Shown piece by piece: positions 21,451 to 33,927 of a stretch of 64,000 nt of DNA (positions are counted from its first letter, which is position 1; every line of letters starts with the position of its first letter). Position numbers and translations under genes: made by a program. The notes beneath the pieces are model-generated. The model searched no databases. It saw nothing but the letters and a program-made list of their open reading frames with translations, and had not been told where the DNA came from. The stretch spans positions 192,001 through 256,000 of the forward strand of contig CBDCUI010000009.1 of assembly GCA_965222615.1 (NCBI GenBank), given 5' to 3'. The DNA is from Gammaproteobacteria bacterium. Lineage in GTDB: Bacteria > Pseudomonadota > Gammaproteobacteria > UBA4575.

Positions 21451-22215
21451 CTATAGCTGTTTGCTGAGAACCATATCAACTGCCTCACTGATGTCATTTG
21501 CAACAAGTGGAGACGTAGCTGTTATTTGTTGTTCATCATTGGGTCGGTATTTACCGGTTCTAACAAGAATTGCCTGAAGGCCAGCATCTAAGGCTCCGTT
21601 TACGTCCGCTTCAACATCATCGCCTACCATCATAACTTGATCAGGTGGGCAGCTGAATTCTTTAATTGCTTGGTGAAAAAATTCTTTTGCAGGTTTGCCG
21701 AGTATGGTTGCTTTAGCACCACTAGCATATTCAAGTGCATGCACAAAAGGCCCGGTATCTAAACTAAAACCACTTTCTTCTTTAAAATAACGGTTATCTC
21801 CCATTGCTAACAGTGGTGCACCTTCAAATAGTAATTGAAACGCAGCATTTAACATTTCATACGTAAAGCTAGAACCCGCATCGCCGAGTAATACTGAGTC
21901 AAATTCTTGATGTTTAAATTCTGAAAACTCAGGGTGAAGATCTGGGTGTATCAACAAAAAAGGGCATAGATTTTTTTCTCTTATATAGCTTTGTGCAGCT
22001 AAGGGAGCAGTAAACAGTTGATCTTTGGAAATATCTAAGTTCATCTTAGCAAGTTTTTTTATGATTGCTGCACGAGTGCTTCGCGTCGTGTTTGTGATAA
22101 ATCGTATGGGAAAATGATTTGTGTGTAATCGATCAATTGCAGTCAAAGCACCGGCAATGGGGTTGTTTCCTACATAGATAACTCCGCTTAAATCTAATAG
22201 TACACCTTTAATCAT
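21451..22215 (-). CDS. HAD-IIA hydrolase (TIGR01458 / LHPP-HDHD2-like)
   Basis: LLDLSGV, FITNTT, GKP, MVGDD..DV.GA, VRTGKYR. Confidence 0.88.
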   Translation of the reverse strand: MIKGVLLDLSGVIYVGNNPIAGALTAIDRLHTNHFPIRFITNTTRSTRAAIIKKLAKMNLDISKDQLFTAPLAAQSYIREKNLCPFLLIHPDLHPEFSEFKHQEFDSVLLGDAGSSFTYEMLNAAFQLLFEGAPLLAMGDNRYFKEESGFSLDTGPFVHALEYASGAKATILGKPAKEFFHQAIKEFSCPPDQVMMVGDDVEADVNGALDAGLQAILVRTGKYRPNDEQQITATSPLVANDISEAVDMVLSKQL

Positions 22216-22521
22216 GGCATAAATTTCCAGACTTGATTTGTACTAATTATTATGCGCGCAGTAGAGAGAATAAATAACCAGTTTGAATTAAATATAAGTA
22301 TTATTTATTTTGGCATTTTAATTATTCTTTAAATTACGCAATCATTGTGTGTATTCATGTTATTAGTAATTTTAAACATGAAGAGGTCTTGGCAAAATCT
22401 CCATACATTGAAAAATTGTCTGATTTGTAATTATTGGATATCAGTTACCAAGTATTCCTAAATAAACACTAGCGACTAACTGCCCTAGATCAGTAATAGC
22501 AGTCATAAATCGATGATTTAG

Positions 22522-22537
22522 TACTCCCTTTTAGGTA
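22522..22537. promoter_or_regulatory. NarL-like 7-2-7 site upstream of tmd
   Basis: TACTCCC-TT-TTAGGTA; a related half-site TACTCAATA at 22582. Confidence 0.4.
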
Positions 22538-22772
22538 CGTCTGAAGTGAAATTGACCCCTGCTTCTGCGGGCGAGACCATTTACTCAATAAGAAAGAACT
22601 TTTTAAGTCGTAATACTTAGGCGCAAGCGATATGTGGAGGGTCCTAGTACGCTAAACGGCGTATGTAATAACAAGTAAGTAACTGCTTAAACAGCTAACT
22701 TTCCCACGCAATAAATAAAAAAGCTATTGGCTTAATGCTAGAGGCTAAAAATTCTAAAACTTATACCGCTAA

Positions 22773-25095
<2,323 letters not shown>

Positions 25096-25181
25096 CATTT
25101 CCTTTTCAACACTGCATTTTACAGCTATGCGGTTGAGTCCTGAGTAATCATCCAAATACAAGCTGAAAAGAAGAACGGCTA

Positions 25182-27305
25182 ATGAATGACTCTGAGTTAA
25201 ACCATAACGCCGAACAAATTACTCGAATCCTATTTCAGGAATTCCCAACATGGATGTTGGTATCTTTTTATATTGCAGCTTTTGCGACTATTGCAATTTT
25301 TTTGTATGGCTGTTTTGTACAAGTGCGAAAGTATCGTTACGGCCAGCCTTTACATTTCAATGAGCTAGGCCAAGGAATTGTAGGCATGATAAAGGACGTC
25401 TTTAGTCACCGTACGATTAAGCGTCGTGATTCCTCTGCCGGTCTCCTTCATGCACTTATCTTTTTTGGTTTTGCGTTGTTGTTTATTGGCACTGCAATTA
25501 TCACGCTTGAATACGATATAACTGAACCATTAATCGGCTTTAAATTTTGGTATGGTTGGTTTTATTTATGGTTCTCGTTAATTCTAGATATAGCTGGTAT
25601 CTCATTGATAATTGGGCTTATTTATATGATGTATCGGCGCAAATGGTTAAAGCTGCCAAAGCTAGATTATACGCGACCTGATCGTGCGAAAGGTGAACCA
25701 GATTATGATCGCAGCGGGTATCGTCGAGAGGATTGGGCGTTTTTATGGACGCTTATCTTAATTGGAATCACGGGTTTTCTATTAGAAGCCACACGCTTGA
25801 CCTGGTTACAGAGTGATGCGAGTGTATGGGATTATCGTTGGTGGTCACCAGTAGGGACCTTAATTGCTTATCTATTCCAAAGTATTGGCTTGTCAGCCAC
25901 AGGGGGTGGCGTTCTACGACTTTATTTATGGTGGTTTCACGGTCTGCTAGCCTTTGCGTTCATTGCTTTAATCCCTTTTACTAAAGTTAAACATATTTTT
26001 ACGGCGATGGCTTCGCTTGCAGTACGCGATGCTAAACCTGCTGCACGCCTGCCCAAGGCAGACTTGGAAAGTGAGACCATTGGTTATAACAAAATTACAG
26101 ATCTAAATTGGAAACATCTGCTACAGGCGGATGCTTGTACCAAATGTGGGCGTTGTCATGAAGCCTGTCCAGCTAATGCAACGGGATTTCCGTTATCACC
26201 TCGTGATGTGATATTAACTTTACGTGAATTGGCAATAAACACATTAGAGCGTGCTGTCTTACCAGATGACACGGCTTTAGCGGTTATTGGCGATCAGGTA
26301 AATCAAGTACGCACAGAGACACTTTGGTCTTGTAGAACTTGTGCAGCATGTGTGGAGATTTGCCCAGTAGGGATTGAACACGTTCCAATCATTGTAGAGA
26401 TGCGTAGATCGCTTGTGGAAGAAGGCGAGATGGACTCTACTTTACAAACAGCATTACAGCAGATTCAAAAAAAAGGCAATTCCTTTGGTGAGAATAAACG
26501 CAAAAGATCTGCATGGACAAAGAAACTTGATTTTCAAATCAAAGATGCACGTAAGGAAGTAGTAGATGTACTTTGGTTTGTAGGTGACTTTGCCTCATTT
26601 GATCCACGTTATCAAAAAGTATCGCAATCATTCGCCCGTATTCTTAATTCTGCTGAAGTAGATTTTGGCATTCTCTATGAGGCAGAGATGAATGCGGGTA
26701 ATGATGTACGGCGTGTTGGTGAAGAAGGGCTCTATGAGCATCTGGTAGAAACCAATGTTGATAGTTTAGCGGGTTGTGAATTCAATCGCATCGTGACAAC
26801 AGATCCGCATTCTTTTAATACGATAAAAAATGAATATCCAGAATTCGAAGGAAAATTTGAAATAGAACATGCTAGTACGCTAATCAAGCGCTTACTTACC
26901 TCGAATCAAATCAAATTAACTAAAAAATTAAGCAATCGAGTCACGTATCACGACCCGTGTCATTTAGGTCGGCTTAATAAAGGTTACGATGCACCACGTG
27001 ATGCCATTAAATTATTAGGTGCAGAGCTTGTAGAAATGGAGCGTTCTCGAGACAACTCTTTTTGTTGTGGTGCTGGTGGTGGACGTATCTGGATGGCAGA
27101 TCCTCTCGATAAAGACAAACCTGCTGAACATCGTATGCATGAAGCAGCACAGATTACCGACTTAGATACCTTTGTGGTGAATTGTCCCAAATGTATGAAT
27201 ATGTTTGAGGATGCGGTGAAATCTACGGGCCATGAAGACGATTTCGAAGTTAAAGAACTTATTGAATTGGTTGAGGAATGCATGGACTTTGGTATGGATG
27301 ATTAG
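25182..27305 (+). CDS. membrane-bound heme-b/Fe-S oxidoreductase with CCG domains (FadF/EtfD/EMO-like)
   Basis: N-terminal TM helices with His residues, two CxxCxxCxxxCP motifs, HDPCHLGR, CCGAGGG, CPKC. Confidence 0.88.
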   Translation: MNDSELNHNAEQITRILFQEFPTWMLVSFYIAAFATIAIFLYGCFVQVRKYRYGQPLHFNELGQGIVGMIKDVFSHRTIKRRDSSAGLLHALIFFGFALLFIGTAIITLEYDITEPLIGFKFWYGWFYLWFSLILDIAGISLIIGLIYMMYRRKWLKLPKLDYTRPDRAKGEPDYDRSGYRREDWAFLWTLILIGITGFLLEATRLTWLQSDASVWDYRWWSPVGTLIAYLFQSIGLSATGGGVLRLYLWWFHGLLAFAFIALIPFTKVKHIFTAMASLAVRDAKPAARLPKADLESETIGYNKITDLNWKHLLQADACTKCGRCHEACPANATGFPLSPRDVILTLRELAINTLERAVLPDDTALAVIGDQVNQVRTETLWSCRTCAACVEICPVGIEHVPIIVEMRRSLVEEGEMDSTLQTALQQIQKKGNSFGENKRKRSAWTKKLDFQIKDARKEVVDVLWFVGDFASFDPRYQKVSQSFARILNSAEVDFGILYEAEMNAGNDVRRVGEEGLYEHLVETNVDSLAGCEFNRIVTTDPHSFNTIKNEYPEFEGKFEIEHASTLIKRLLTSNQIKLTKKLSNRVTYHDPCHLGRLNKGYDAPRDAIKLLGAELVEMERSRDNSFCCGAGGGRIWMADPLDKDKPAEHRMHEAAQITDLDTFVVNCPKCMNMFEDAVKSTGHEDDFEVKELIELVEECMDFGMDD

Positions 27306-27347
27306 ATTTAAAATTTATAAATGCTAAAAAAATTATTTTGCTTTTGA

Positions 27348-28757
27348 ATGATGCTGTTATTAATAAATCCATTTCAACACGATCCTGTAGCAATGGATAA
27401 GTCTATAAATAATTTGATTAATCACACACTAAGTCGGGAAGATCCGTACTGTGCAGCGGCATTACATCCATATGTTGCATCAAAGATGCAAGAGCAATTA
27501 GAAGAGATAATATTTGCTACAAAAAAATTAAAACTTTTATTTTCAGGAGTAGTCTACACGCCGTTAAGTGTACTAGAAAAATTAACACACGATAGGGATA
27601 TAAAAATTCGAACTCGTGTTGCACGACACCCATCAATTTCGGATGCAGTGTTGATGAGGCTGATAAAAGAAGATGAACGATTACCTATTTTAGTCGCTAT
27701 TGCTACTAATCAACATGCCAGTCAACAAGTTTTAGAACAGCTCCCTTGGCGAGAAATTAATGAGGTTAGACAAGCCCTCTATAAAAATATGAACACAGGG
27801 GCTACTGTGCTTAACGCGCTATTAGAGAACAGCTCGCTATTGCAAAAAAAAGAAATTGCTAAAAATTCAAATATAAACGCGAAAATTTTAAACAAATTAT
27901 GGGCAAGTAAAGATGAGTATTTGCGCGCAGAAGTTATTGCACATCAAAATTGTCCCGTAGAATTAATGCTAGAAGCTCAGCAAAGTAAATCATCATTGAT
28001 ACGTAGAATGTTAGCTTCGAATCCAAATATTCCAACTAATACTTTAATATCGCTATTAAATGATGCAGTTGCCCAGGTGCGTGCTGCAGCAACACGTAAT
28101 TTGTTATTGCCTGAAGATCAACTTGATGTCATCAAGGATGATCCATCTAATCAAGTCAGACGTAACCAGGCGAGACGACCAAAACTTGAATATGGCGTGG
28201 TAAAGCACCTTGCAAGTGATAATGATTCATGGGTACGTCGATGGATTGCGCGTAATGTCGATACACCCCCAGAGATACTACTCGACTTAGCTGAAGATGC
28301 AGTAAGAGAAGTACGCCGTAGTGTGGCCTGTCATCCATCTTGCCCACAATCCTTGGTACTAAGGCTTGCAAATGACTCAAGTGCATGGGTCAGGGCAGGG
28401 ATTGCAGCCCGCGAGGACATATCTATAGAAGTCATACGTAAATTTGCGACCGAAACTGACCTCGATGTGATTTCAGCGGTGGGGAGGAATTCAAATACAC
28501 CAGAGGATATTTTATTAGACATTACAGAGCATCCAGACAAAGATGCACGTCGCGCAGTTATTTTAAATAGCAGCGCTCCGTATAGTGTTGTTAACAATCT
28601 CTTAAACGATCCCTATCCACTCAATCGCTTTATGTTGATCGAACATTCTGTTTTGACAGACACAGACTTGTGGCAATTAACCGCGGACCCAGAGGCCCAA
28701 GTGAGGTTCAGGGCTACTTCGGTTTTGGCACAACGTCTAAGCAATAAAATAAAGTAA
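27348..28757 (+). CDS. HEAT-like / leucine-rich-repeat-variant (LRV) helical repeat protein
   Basis: ~24-aa repeats of the form D...VR..A.(N/H)P. Start may be a downstream Met. Confidence 0.75.
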   Translation: MMLLLINPFQHDPVAMDKSINNLINHTLSREDPYCAAALHPYVASKMQEQLEEIIFATKKLKLLFSGVVYTPLSVLEKLTHDRDIKIRTRVARHPSISDAVLMRLIKEDERLPILVAIATNQHASQQVLEQLPWREINEVRQALYKNMNTGATVLNALLENSSLLQKKEIAKNSNINAKILNKLWASKDEYLRAEVIAHQNCPVELMLEAQQSKSSLIRRMLASNPNIPTNTLISLLNDAVAQVRAAATRNLLLPEDQLDVIKDDPSNQVRRNQARRPKLEYGVVKHLASDNDSWVRRWIARNVDTPPEILLDLAEDAVREVRRSVACHPSCPQSLVLRLANDSSAWVRAGIAAREDISIEVIRKFATETDLDVISAVGRNSNTPEDILLDITEHPDKDARRAVILNSSAPYSVVNNLLNDPYPLNRFMLIEHSVLTDTDLWQLTADPEAQVRFRATSVLAQRLSNKIK

Positions 28758-28812
28758 TTTCAATTAGATATTAAGTATTCTTAATGTAAATTAAATTTAT
28801 GGAGTCAGCCAA

Positions 28813-29607
28813 ATGAAGATACTTGTACCGATTAAACAGGTAGCAACACTCGATGAAGACTTTGAAGTTCGCGAGGACGGTAAAGATGCCGACCCAGATT
28901 ATCTCGATTACGAGCTCAATGAGTGGGACGATTATTCTTATGAAGCCGCATTACAGATAATGGAAGCACATGATGCTGTGGAAGTTATTCCTGTCACAGT
29001 TGGGTCAGAAGAAGCAGAAGATGGTTTGCGCAAGTGTTTGGCAAAGGGGGGCGAACGTGGCATTCGTATATGGGACGATGCTTTAGAAAATTCCAATCCA
29101 CTTGTAATAAGCAAGGTACTTGCAAAAGTTGCTGAAAAGGAAAATGCCGACATGGTATTTGTAGGTACTTTGTCATCAGATCATGCCTTTGCAAGTACTG
29201 GAGTCGGTATTGCTGCTGAGCTGGACTGGCCACATGTCGCAGTGGTTTCAAGTTTGGAATACAAACCGGGTGATCCATCAGCCAAAGTTCGACGCGAGTT
29301 AGAAGGCGGTATCGAAGAAGAACTCAAAGTGCAATGTCCTGCAGTTTTAACCATTCAGCTTGGTATTAATGAACCTCGCTATTCTTCACTTCGTGGTATT
29401 AAACAGGCTAAAGCAAAGCCTATTGAAGAACTGTCACATAGCGACTTGGGTTTAAGTGATGACGAAGTAGGTGAAGCGGGGTCAGCCTTTCGTGTACGAC
29501 GTATGTATATCCCTGAAAAGGGGCAAGCAGAACTGATTGAGGGAACTGCAGCTGAACAAGCAGTGCGACTTACTGAAATCATTAAAGAACTACAAGGAGC
29601 AGCTTAA
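28813..29607 (+). CDS. etfB: electron transfer flavoprotein beta subunit
   Basis: MKILVPIKQV, LNEWDDYS, RELEGG, GINEPRY.SLRGI, resembling the TMADH-partner ETF. Confidence 0.93.
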   Translation: MKILVPIKQVATLDEDFEVREDGKDADPDYLDYELNEWDDYSYEAALQIMEAHDAVEVIPVTVGSEEAEDGLRKCLAKGGERGIRIWDDALENSNPLVISKVLAKVAEKENADMVFVGTLSSDHAFASTGVGIAAELDWPHVAVVSSLEYKPGDPSAKVRRELEGGIEEELKVQCPAVLTIQLGINEPRYSSLRGIKQAKAKPIEELSHSDLGLSDDEVGEAGSAFRVRRMYIPEKGQAELIEGTAAEQAVRLTEIIKELQGAA

Positions 29608-30569
29608 TGAATGGAATACTAGTTATTGCTGAACACCGACAAGGCGAGTTAAGTGCAGCCACACTTGAGACGATAGGGGCTGCCACTTTGCTCAAATCAC
29701 AACAACAGCAGCAACTAACTGTTGCTATATTAAGTAAAAATACCGATGCGTTTGTACAACAAGTAAGTGTTACTGGAGTGGATGAGGTAATTACTGTTGA
29801 AACGCCGGTTGATAATTTTCAATCAGATATATATGAAACGGCTGTTTTAGGACTCGCAAGTGAACATAAGCCGAGCGTGATCATGATGCCGCATAGCGTT
29901 GATGCTTGGGGGTATGTTCCAGCGGTGGCGGTTAAGGGTGATTATGGCTTAGCCACCGATGTATTTGACGTCAAATATGAAAACGATGAACTTATCGCTA
30001 CTCGTGCCGCCTATGCAGAAAAAATGCATATGGAAGTTGATTTTCCTGGTAAGGAAACCATCGTACTTACTATTCGTGGCAATGTATTCAAACCAGCTGA
30101 AGGGACTACCAGTCCAGAAGCATCCATATTTAATTTAGCTGATGTGCAAATGCGTACTGAACATTTGCAATTCATTGAACCGGAATCTAGTGGAGATGTA
30201 GATATCACTCAAGCCGAATATATGTTGTCTATTGGGCGAGGAATTAGTGAAGAAGATAATGTAGAACAATTTCAAGAGCTGGCAGACCTTATGGGCTTTA
30301 CACTAGGATGCTCGAGACCTATAGCTGATAACGGTTGGTTACCTAAATCTCGACAAGTAGGCCAATCTGGCAAAACTGTGACAAGTTGCAATGTCTATAT
30401 CGCCATGGGGATTTCTGGTTCGGTACAACATATGGCAGGAATGAAGCATGTACCTAATATCATCGCAGTAAATACCGATGCCGAAGCCTCTATATTTAGT
30501 ATTGCGAGATATGGCATCGTTGCTGATATCTTTGATATCGCTGATGAGCTACAAAATCACTTTACGTGA
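29607..30569 (+). CDS. etfA: electron transfer flavoprotein alpha subunit
   Basis: SIGRGI, CSRPIAD.GWLPKSRQVGQSGK, GISGSVQHMAGM. Confidence 0.94.
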   Translation: MNGILVIAEHRQGELSAATLETIGAATLLKSQQQQQLTVAILSKNTDAFVQQVSVTGVDEVITVETPVDNFQSDIYETAVLGLASEHKPSVIMMPHSVDAWGYVPAVAVKGDYGLATDVFDVKYENDELIATRAAYAEKMHMEVDFPGKETIVLTIRGNVFKPAEGTTSPEASIFNLADVQMRTEHLQFIEPESSGDVDITQAEYMLSIGRGISEEDNVEQFQELADLMGFTLGCSRPIADNGWLPKSRQVGQSGKTVTSCNVYIAMGISGSVQHMAGMKHVPNIIAVNTDAEASIFSIARYGIVADIFDIADELQNHFT

Positions 30570-30591
30570 TCTAAATAGTCGAGAAACTGCT

Positions 30592-30646
30592 TTAAAGAAA
30601 GAGGCCTGCGCCTTAGTAGGGGTTTGAAAAGTTAAGCGCAGGCCTC
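30592..30646 (-). terminator. intrinsic terminator between convergent etfA and porin genes
   Basis: GAGGCCTGCGC...GCGCAGGCCTC 11-bp stem, followed by TTTCTTT on the minus strand. Confidence 0.7.
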
Positions 30647-30742
30647 ATTTACAACACCACGAAGAGGAGTACCTTCCTCGACTTTGATATGGAGGATATT
30701 TCAATATGACACGTGATGTTGTTTTTTTGCTTGTATCAGTAC

Positions 30743-31549
30743 TTAAAATGAACGGGATATACTGAAGACGACTCTATCTTCAATATTCTTTTTACCACTA
30801 GGGCCAAAAAAGTCTTTGAGATCGCTGTCTTCATCGGTGTCGTGATAGCGCAAGTCTAAATTGAAATCATAAATTGTTTTAGTAATGCCGACTTCCCAGT
30901 GCTTATAAGAGTATCCGTCACATAATGTATCTGTAACTGGGTCACAAAATGCACCTCTTGAACCTGTTGCGTCATCGCCCTCGACATCTTGATAGCCGTA
31001 ACCAAAATCAAGTCCCCAGTTATTCGCAAATGACAATGCAAGTGCACCTTTGATATAAAATCCATCACCGTCCTCTAAAGTAAAGTCAGGCGAATAGGCG
31101 CCAAACAAGCTAATATAAGGCGAAAGTGCGCCTTCAAAGCCGTGCCCTAGAGTTAACCAGAATTCCCATTGATCTGTTTCTAATCCACCCGAACCCGAGT
31201 CCTCCGCACTGGGGAAGTTGTAATAAATGAGCGTCGCATCATAATCTAAACCGCCACCAGAGCCTGCATAACCAACATAATAATCTAGCTCTAATGAGCT
31301 GTTTGCTAATTCAATGTTGGATCCCCAAATTCCTGCATACCAGTTGTTATAACCCCAATCAAAGCTGCCTTGAATAGCTGGGTCCTGGCTAGTAAATGAT
31401 AAGCCTCGGAATACGTAGTCTGTTGTCAAGGTGATCGTATTACTAAAATTTTCTTTCGCAAAAGCACCTTCTGCTGAGGCAATTCCACCGTAGCTAGATA
31501 AAAGTAATACAGCCGCAGCAGCCATTTTTTTAATAATTTGGCTTTTCAT
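30743..31549 (-). CDS. TorF-family putative outer-membrane porin (TIGR02001-like)
   Basis: Signal peptide, TDYVFRGLS..DPAIQG, ELDYYVGY, C-terminal SRSF. Confidence 0.88.
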   Translation of the reverse strand: MKSQIIKKMAAAAVLLLSSYGGIASAEGAFAKENFSNTITLTTDYVFRGLSFTSQDPAIQGSFDWGYNNWYAGIWGSNIELANSSLELDYYVGYAGSGGGLDYDATLIYYNFPSAEDSGSGGLETDQWEFWLTLGHGFEGALSPYISLFGAYSPDFTLEDGDGFYIKGALALSFANNWGLDFGYGYQDVEGDDATGSRGAFCDPVTDTLCDGYSYKHWEVGITKTIYDFNLDLRYHDTDEDSDLKDFFGPSGKKNIEDRVVFSISRSF

Positions 31550-31556
31550 TAGTTAC

Positions 31557-31602
31557 TCCCCATAAGAATGGATAATTTGTAGCTGAGATATTCTTATGGG
31601 GA
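31557..31602 (-). promoter_or_regulatory. 13-bp perfect hairpin sequestering the porin RBS
   Basis: TCCCCATAAGAAT (31557-31569) pairs with ATTCTTATGGGGA (31590-31602); most of the GGGGAG SD lies inside the stem. Confidence 0.65.
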
Positions 31603-31743
31603 ACGGCTTCAAACAATTCCACTCTGGAATTAACACCAAGTAGGTAGAACTTATCTAATACTATTAAAAGGTTGGTAGTGGTGTAAGACGATCAGGGGGT
31701 CAATCATGTATTAGGCGTTAGATATCAAATATTTGTAGAATAG

Positions 31744-33906
31744 TTAATGTTGTGGAGTCAGTGTTTGGGAAAGCTTTTGAACTGCGGCATCTCCCGTGAT
31801 TGGTTTTGAAATAAAGTCACCTTGAGCAAAATCCACACTAGCATTTTTAAGTAAGTTTAGTTGGGATTCTGATTGCACACCATTTGCAATAACACTGATA
31901 TTTAAATTGTGCATCAGTGAAACAATAGCTCGAATGAACTTTCCATTATCATCTATACAATCTTCTATTACTGAACGATCTATACGAATTAAATCTATAG
32001 GCATATTTTGTACTAAAGAGAGAGATGTTTTTCCGCATCCATAGCCGTCTAATAGCAATTGAATATCTTTTCCTTCCATAGGCTTTAATAAGCTATTCGT
32101 TATTCTTGGAGCATGGCTTAATACATTTTCAGATACTCCAACAACTAAATTGCATAGATCAGGTTTGACGGATAACAATTTTTCACGTAATCGGAAAATT
32201 GAATTTGCGTCTAATAATGAGGCCCCGGTGACTTGAATATTAAATGATAATTTCTGAATTTCAGGAATAGAGGTATGCCAATTTTCTACTTGTTTACACA
32301 CATCGTTTAGCATCCATTCCCATAATGGAGTAATCAGTTGTGTCTCTTCTGCACTAGGTACGAATTGTTCGGCATATAACAAACCTTGTATCGGATGAGG
32401 CCAAACTAATCTTGCTTCAAGCCCTGTTAATTGATTATCTTTTAATGCGACTACTGGTTGCCAATGCACTAGAAATTTATCTTCATCAATTGCTTGTTGA
32501 AGTTCTTTTTCTCTATGGGTTTGTAATGCTGCTTTTCCATGTGTAACTAAATCAGATACTTCATAACGAGCACCACCTAAACTTGTTGCTCGGCTTAAGG
32601 CATTTTGAGCCTCAGTAAGTACGCTGTCTTTATCGTCATATCTAGAATTACCTATTACCACACCCATGCTAGCAGTTACATAGACCTCATTTTCGCCTAC
32701 CGATAGAGGTGCTTGTACTTGCTCTTTGATTTGATTAATAATTGTAGTGATGTTTTTTATACTATAGTGAGATGAGTCTAATAAAATCCCAAAATGGTCG
32801 TCGTGTAATCTACATAAAGATATGGGCTCATTTAAAGCTTCAATAATACGGTGTCCAATTTCAACAATAACGTATTCAATACTTTGTACACCTAGACTTT
32901 CAAGTATCTGAGAATACTGGTCTATGCTTAGTAATAGCAATGTAAATGCATAATTTTTTCTGTATTTAGATTTTTCAATTGCATGATCTAGGCGATCTAT
33001 AAATAAAATCCTGTTCAATAATTTAGTATTAGAGTCGTATAAAGACTGTTGTTGATTACGTTCTTGAATTTTTATCTGCTTATCAAAATCAAACAGCGAG
33101 CCTTCAAACGATAATAATTCTCCACTTGAAGAAAAATTTCCCTTTCCCTTATTAAAGACCCATCGCTCTAAACCTTCTGCTGTAATAATTCGGTGTGTTA
33201 GTTCATACTGTTTTCCAGCTTGTAACTTATATTGAATAGTTTCAAAAAGTCTTTGATGATCATCTGGATGTATAATGCTCGAAAAGGTTATCTCGTTCTT
33301 TTCTACTAATTGATCACGGCTATAACCAGTCAATTCTAAACACCCCGAACTCGAATATTCGATAGTGAAATTATTATCATTGCGACATCTATAGAGCATT
33401 CCTGAATAGTTATCGATAAGATTACGCAAGCTACGATACTTGGCTTCGACTATATCTTGCTTGCGCATTTTGTCTGTAACATCTGTTAACGTCCCGACTA
33501 TCCCAACTAACTCACTGCTGTGACTATTTTTGAAAATAGAGTTGGCGCGAAGCACCATGAAGATAGAATTATTTTGTTTAGAAAGAAACCGAGTTGTAAC
33601 CGAACCTCTCGTACGGGTTTTTTGTTTGAATAAATTATGTAAATATTCCTCAACGCTGGATCGATCTTTAGGATGGATATGATCGAGCAGATGAGTACCC
33701 AGCGTTTCATCTTGTGTATAGCCTGTTAAATGTGCCCATGATGGATTTAAGTAAACCCATTTACCTGACATATCTACTTCAAATACAATTTGCTGTAGAT
33801 TGTTTAAGACATTATTTTTATTGAGAGTTGATTCGGTGCTGTAATACAAGTCGTCCTGACTAAGACGTTTATTAAATTGTACAAATATGTTGCTTAATGT
33901 GCTCAA
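31744..33906 (-). CDS. PAS-PAS-GGDEF-EAL protein with degenerate catalytic motifs
   Basis: Two PAS domains (IHPKD, IHPDD); GGDEF replaced by HDDHF, EAL by EAR, DDFGTG by DGYGCG. Confidence 0.88.
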   Translation of the reverse strand: MSTLSNIFVQFNKRLSQDDLYYSTESTLNKNNVLNNLQQIVFEVDMSGKWVYLNPSWAHLTGYTQDETLGTHLLDHIHPKDRSSVEEYLHNLFKQKTRTRGSVTTRFLSKQNNSIFMVLRANSIFKNSHSSELVGIVGTLTDVTDKMRKQDIVEAKYRSLRNLIDNYSGMLYRCRNDNNFTIEYSSSGCLELTGYSRDQLVEKNEITFSSIIHPDDHQRLFETIQYKLQAGKQYELTHRIITAEGLERWVFNKGKGNFSSSGELLSFEGSLFDFDKQIKIQERNQQQSLYDSNTKLLNRILFIDRLDHAIEKSKYRKNYAFTLLLLSIDQYSQILESLGVQSIEYVIVEIGHRIIEALNEPISLCRLHDDHFGILLDSSHYSIKNITTIINQIKEQVQAPLSVGENEVYVTASMGVVIGNSRYDDKDSVLTEAQNALSRATSLGGARYEVSDLVTHGKAALQTHREKELQQAIDEDKFLVHWQPVVALKDNQLTGLEARLVWPHPIQGLLYAEQFVPSAEETQLITPLWEWMLNDVCKQVENWHTSIPEIQKLSFNIQVTGASLLDANSIFRLREKLLSVKPDLCNLVVGVSENVLSHAPRITNSLLKPMEGKDIQLLLDGYGCGKTSLSLVQNMPIDLIRIDRSVIEDCIDDNGKFIRAIVSLMHNLNISVIANGVQSESQLNLLKNASVDFAQGDFISKPITGDAAVQKLSQTLTPQH

Positions 33907-33927
33907 GTTGCTGCAGTCGATGAGTTG

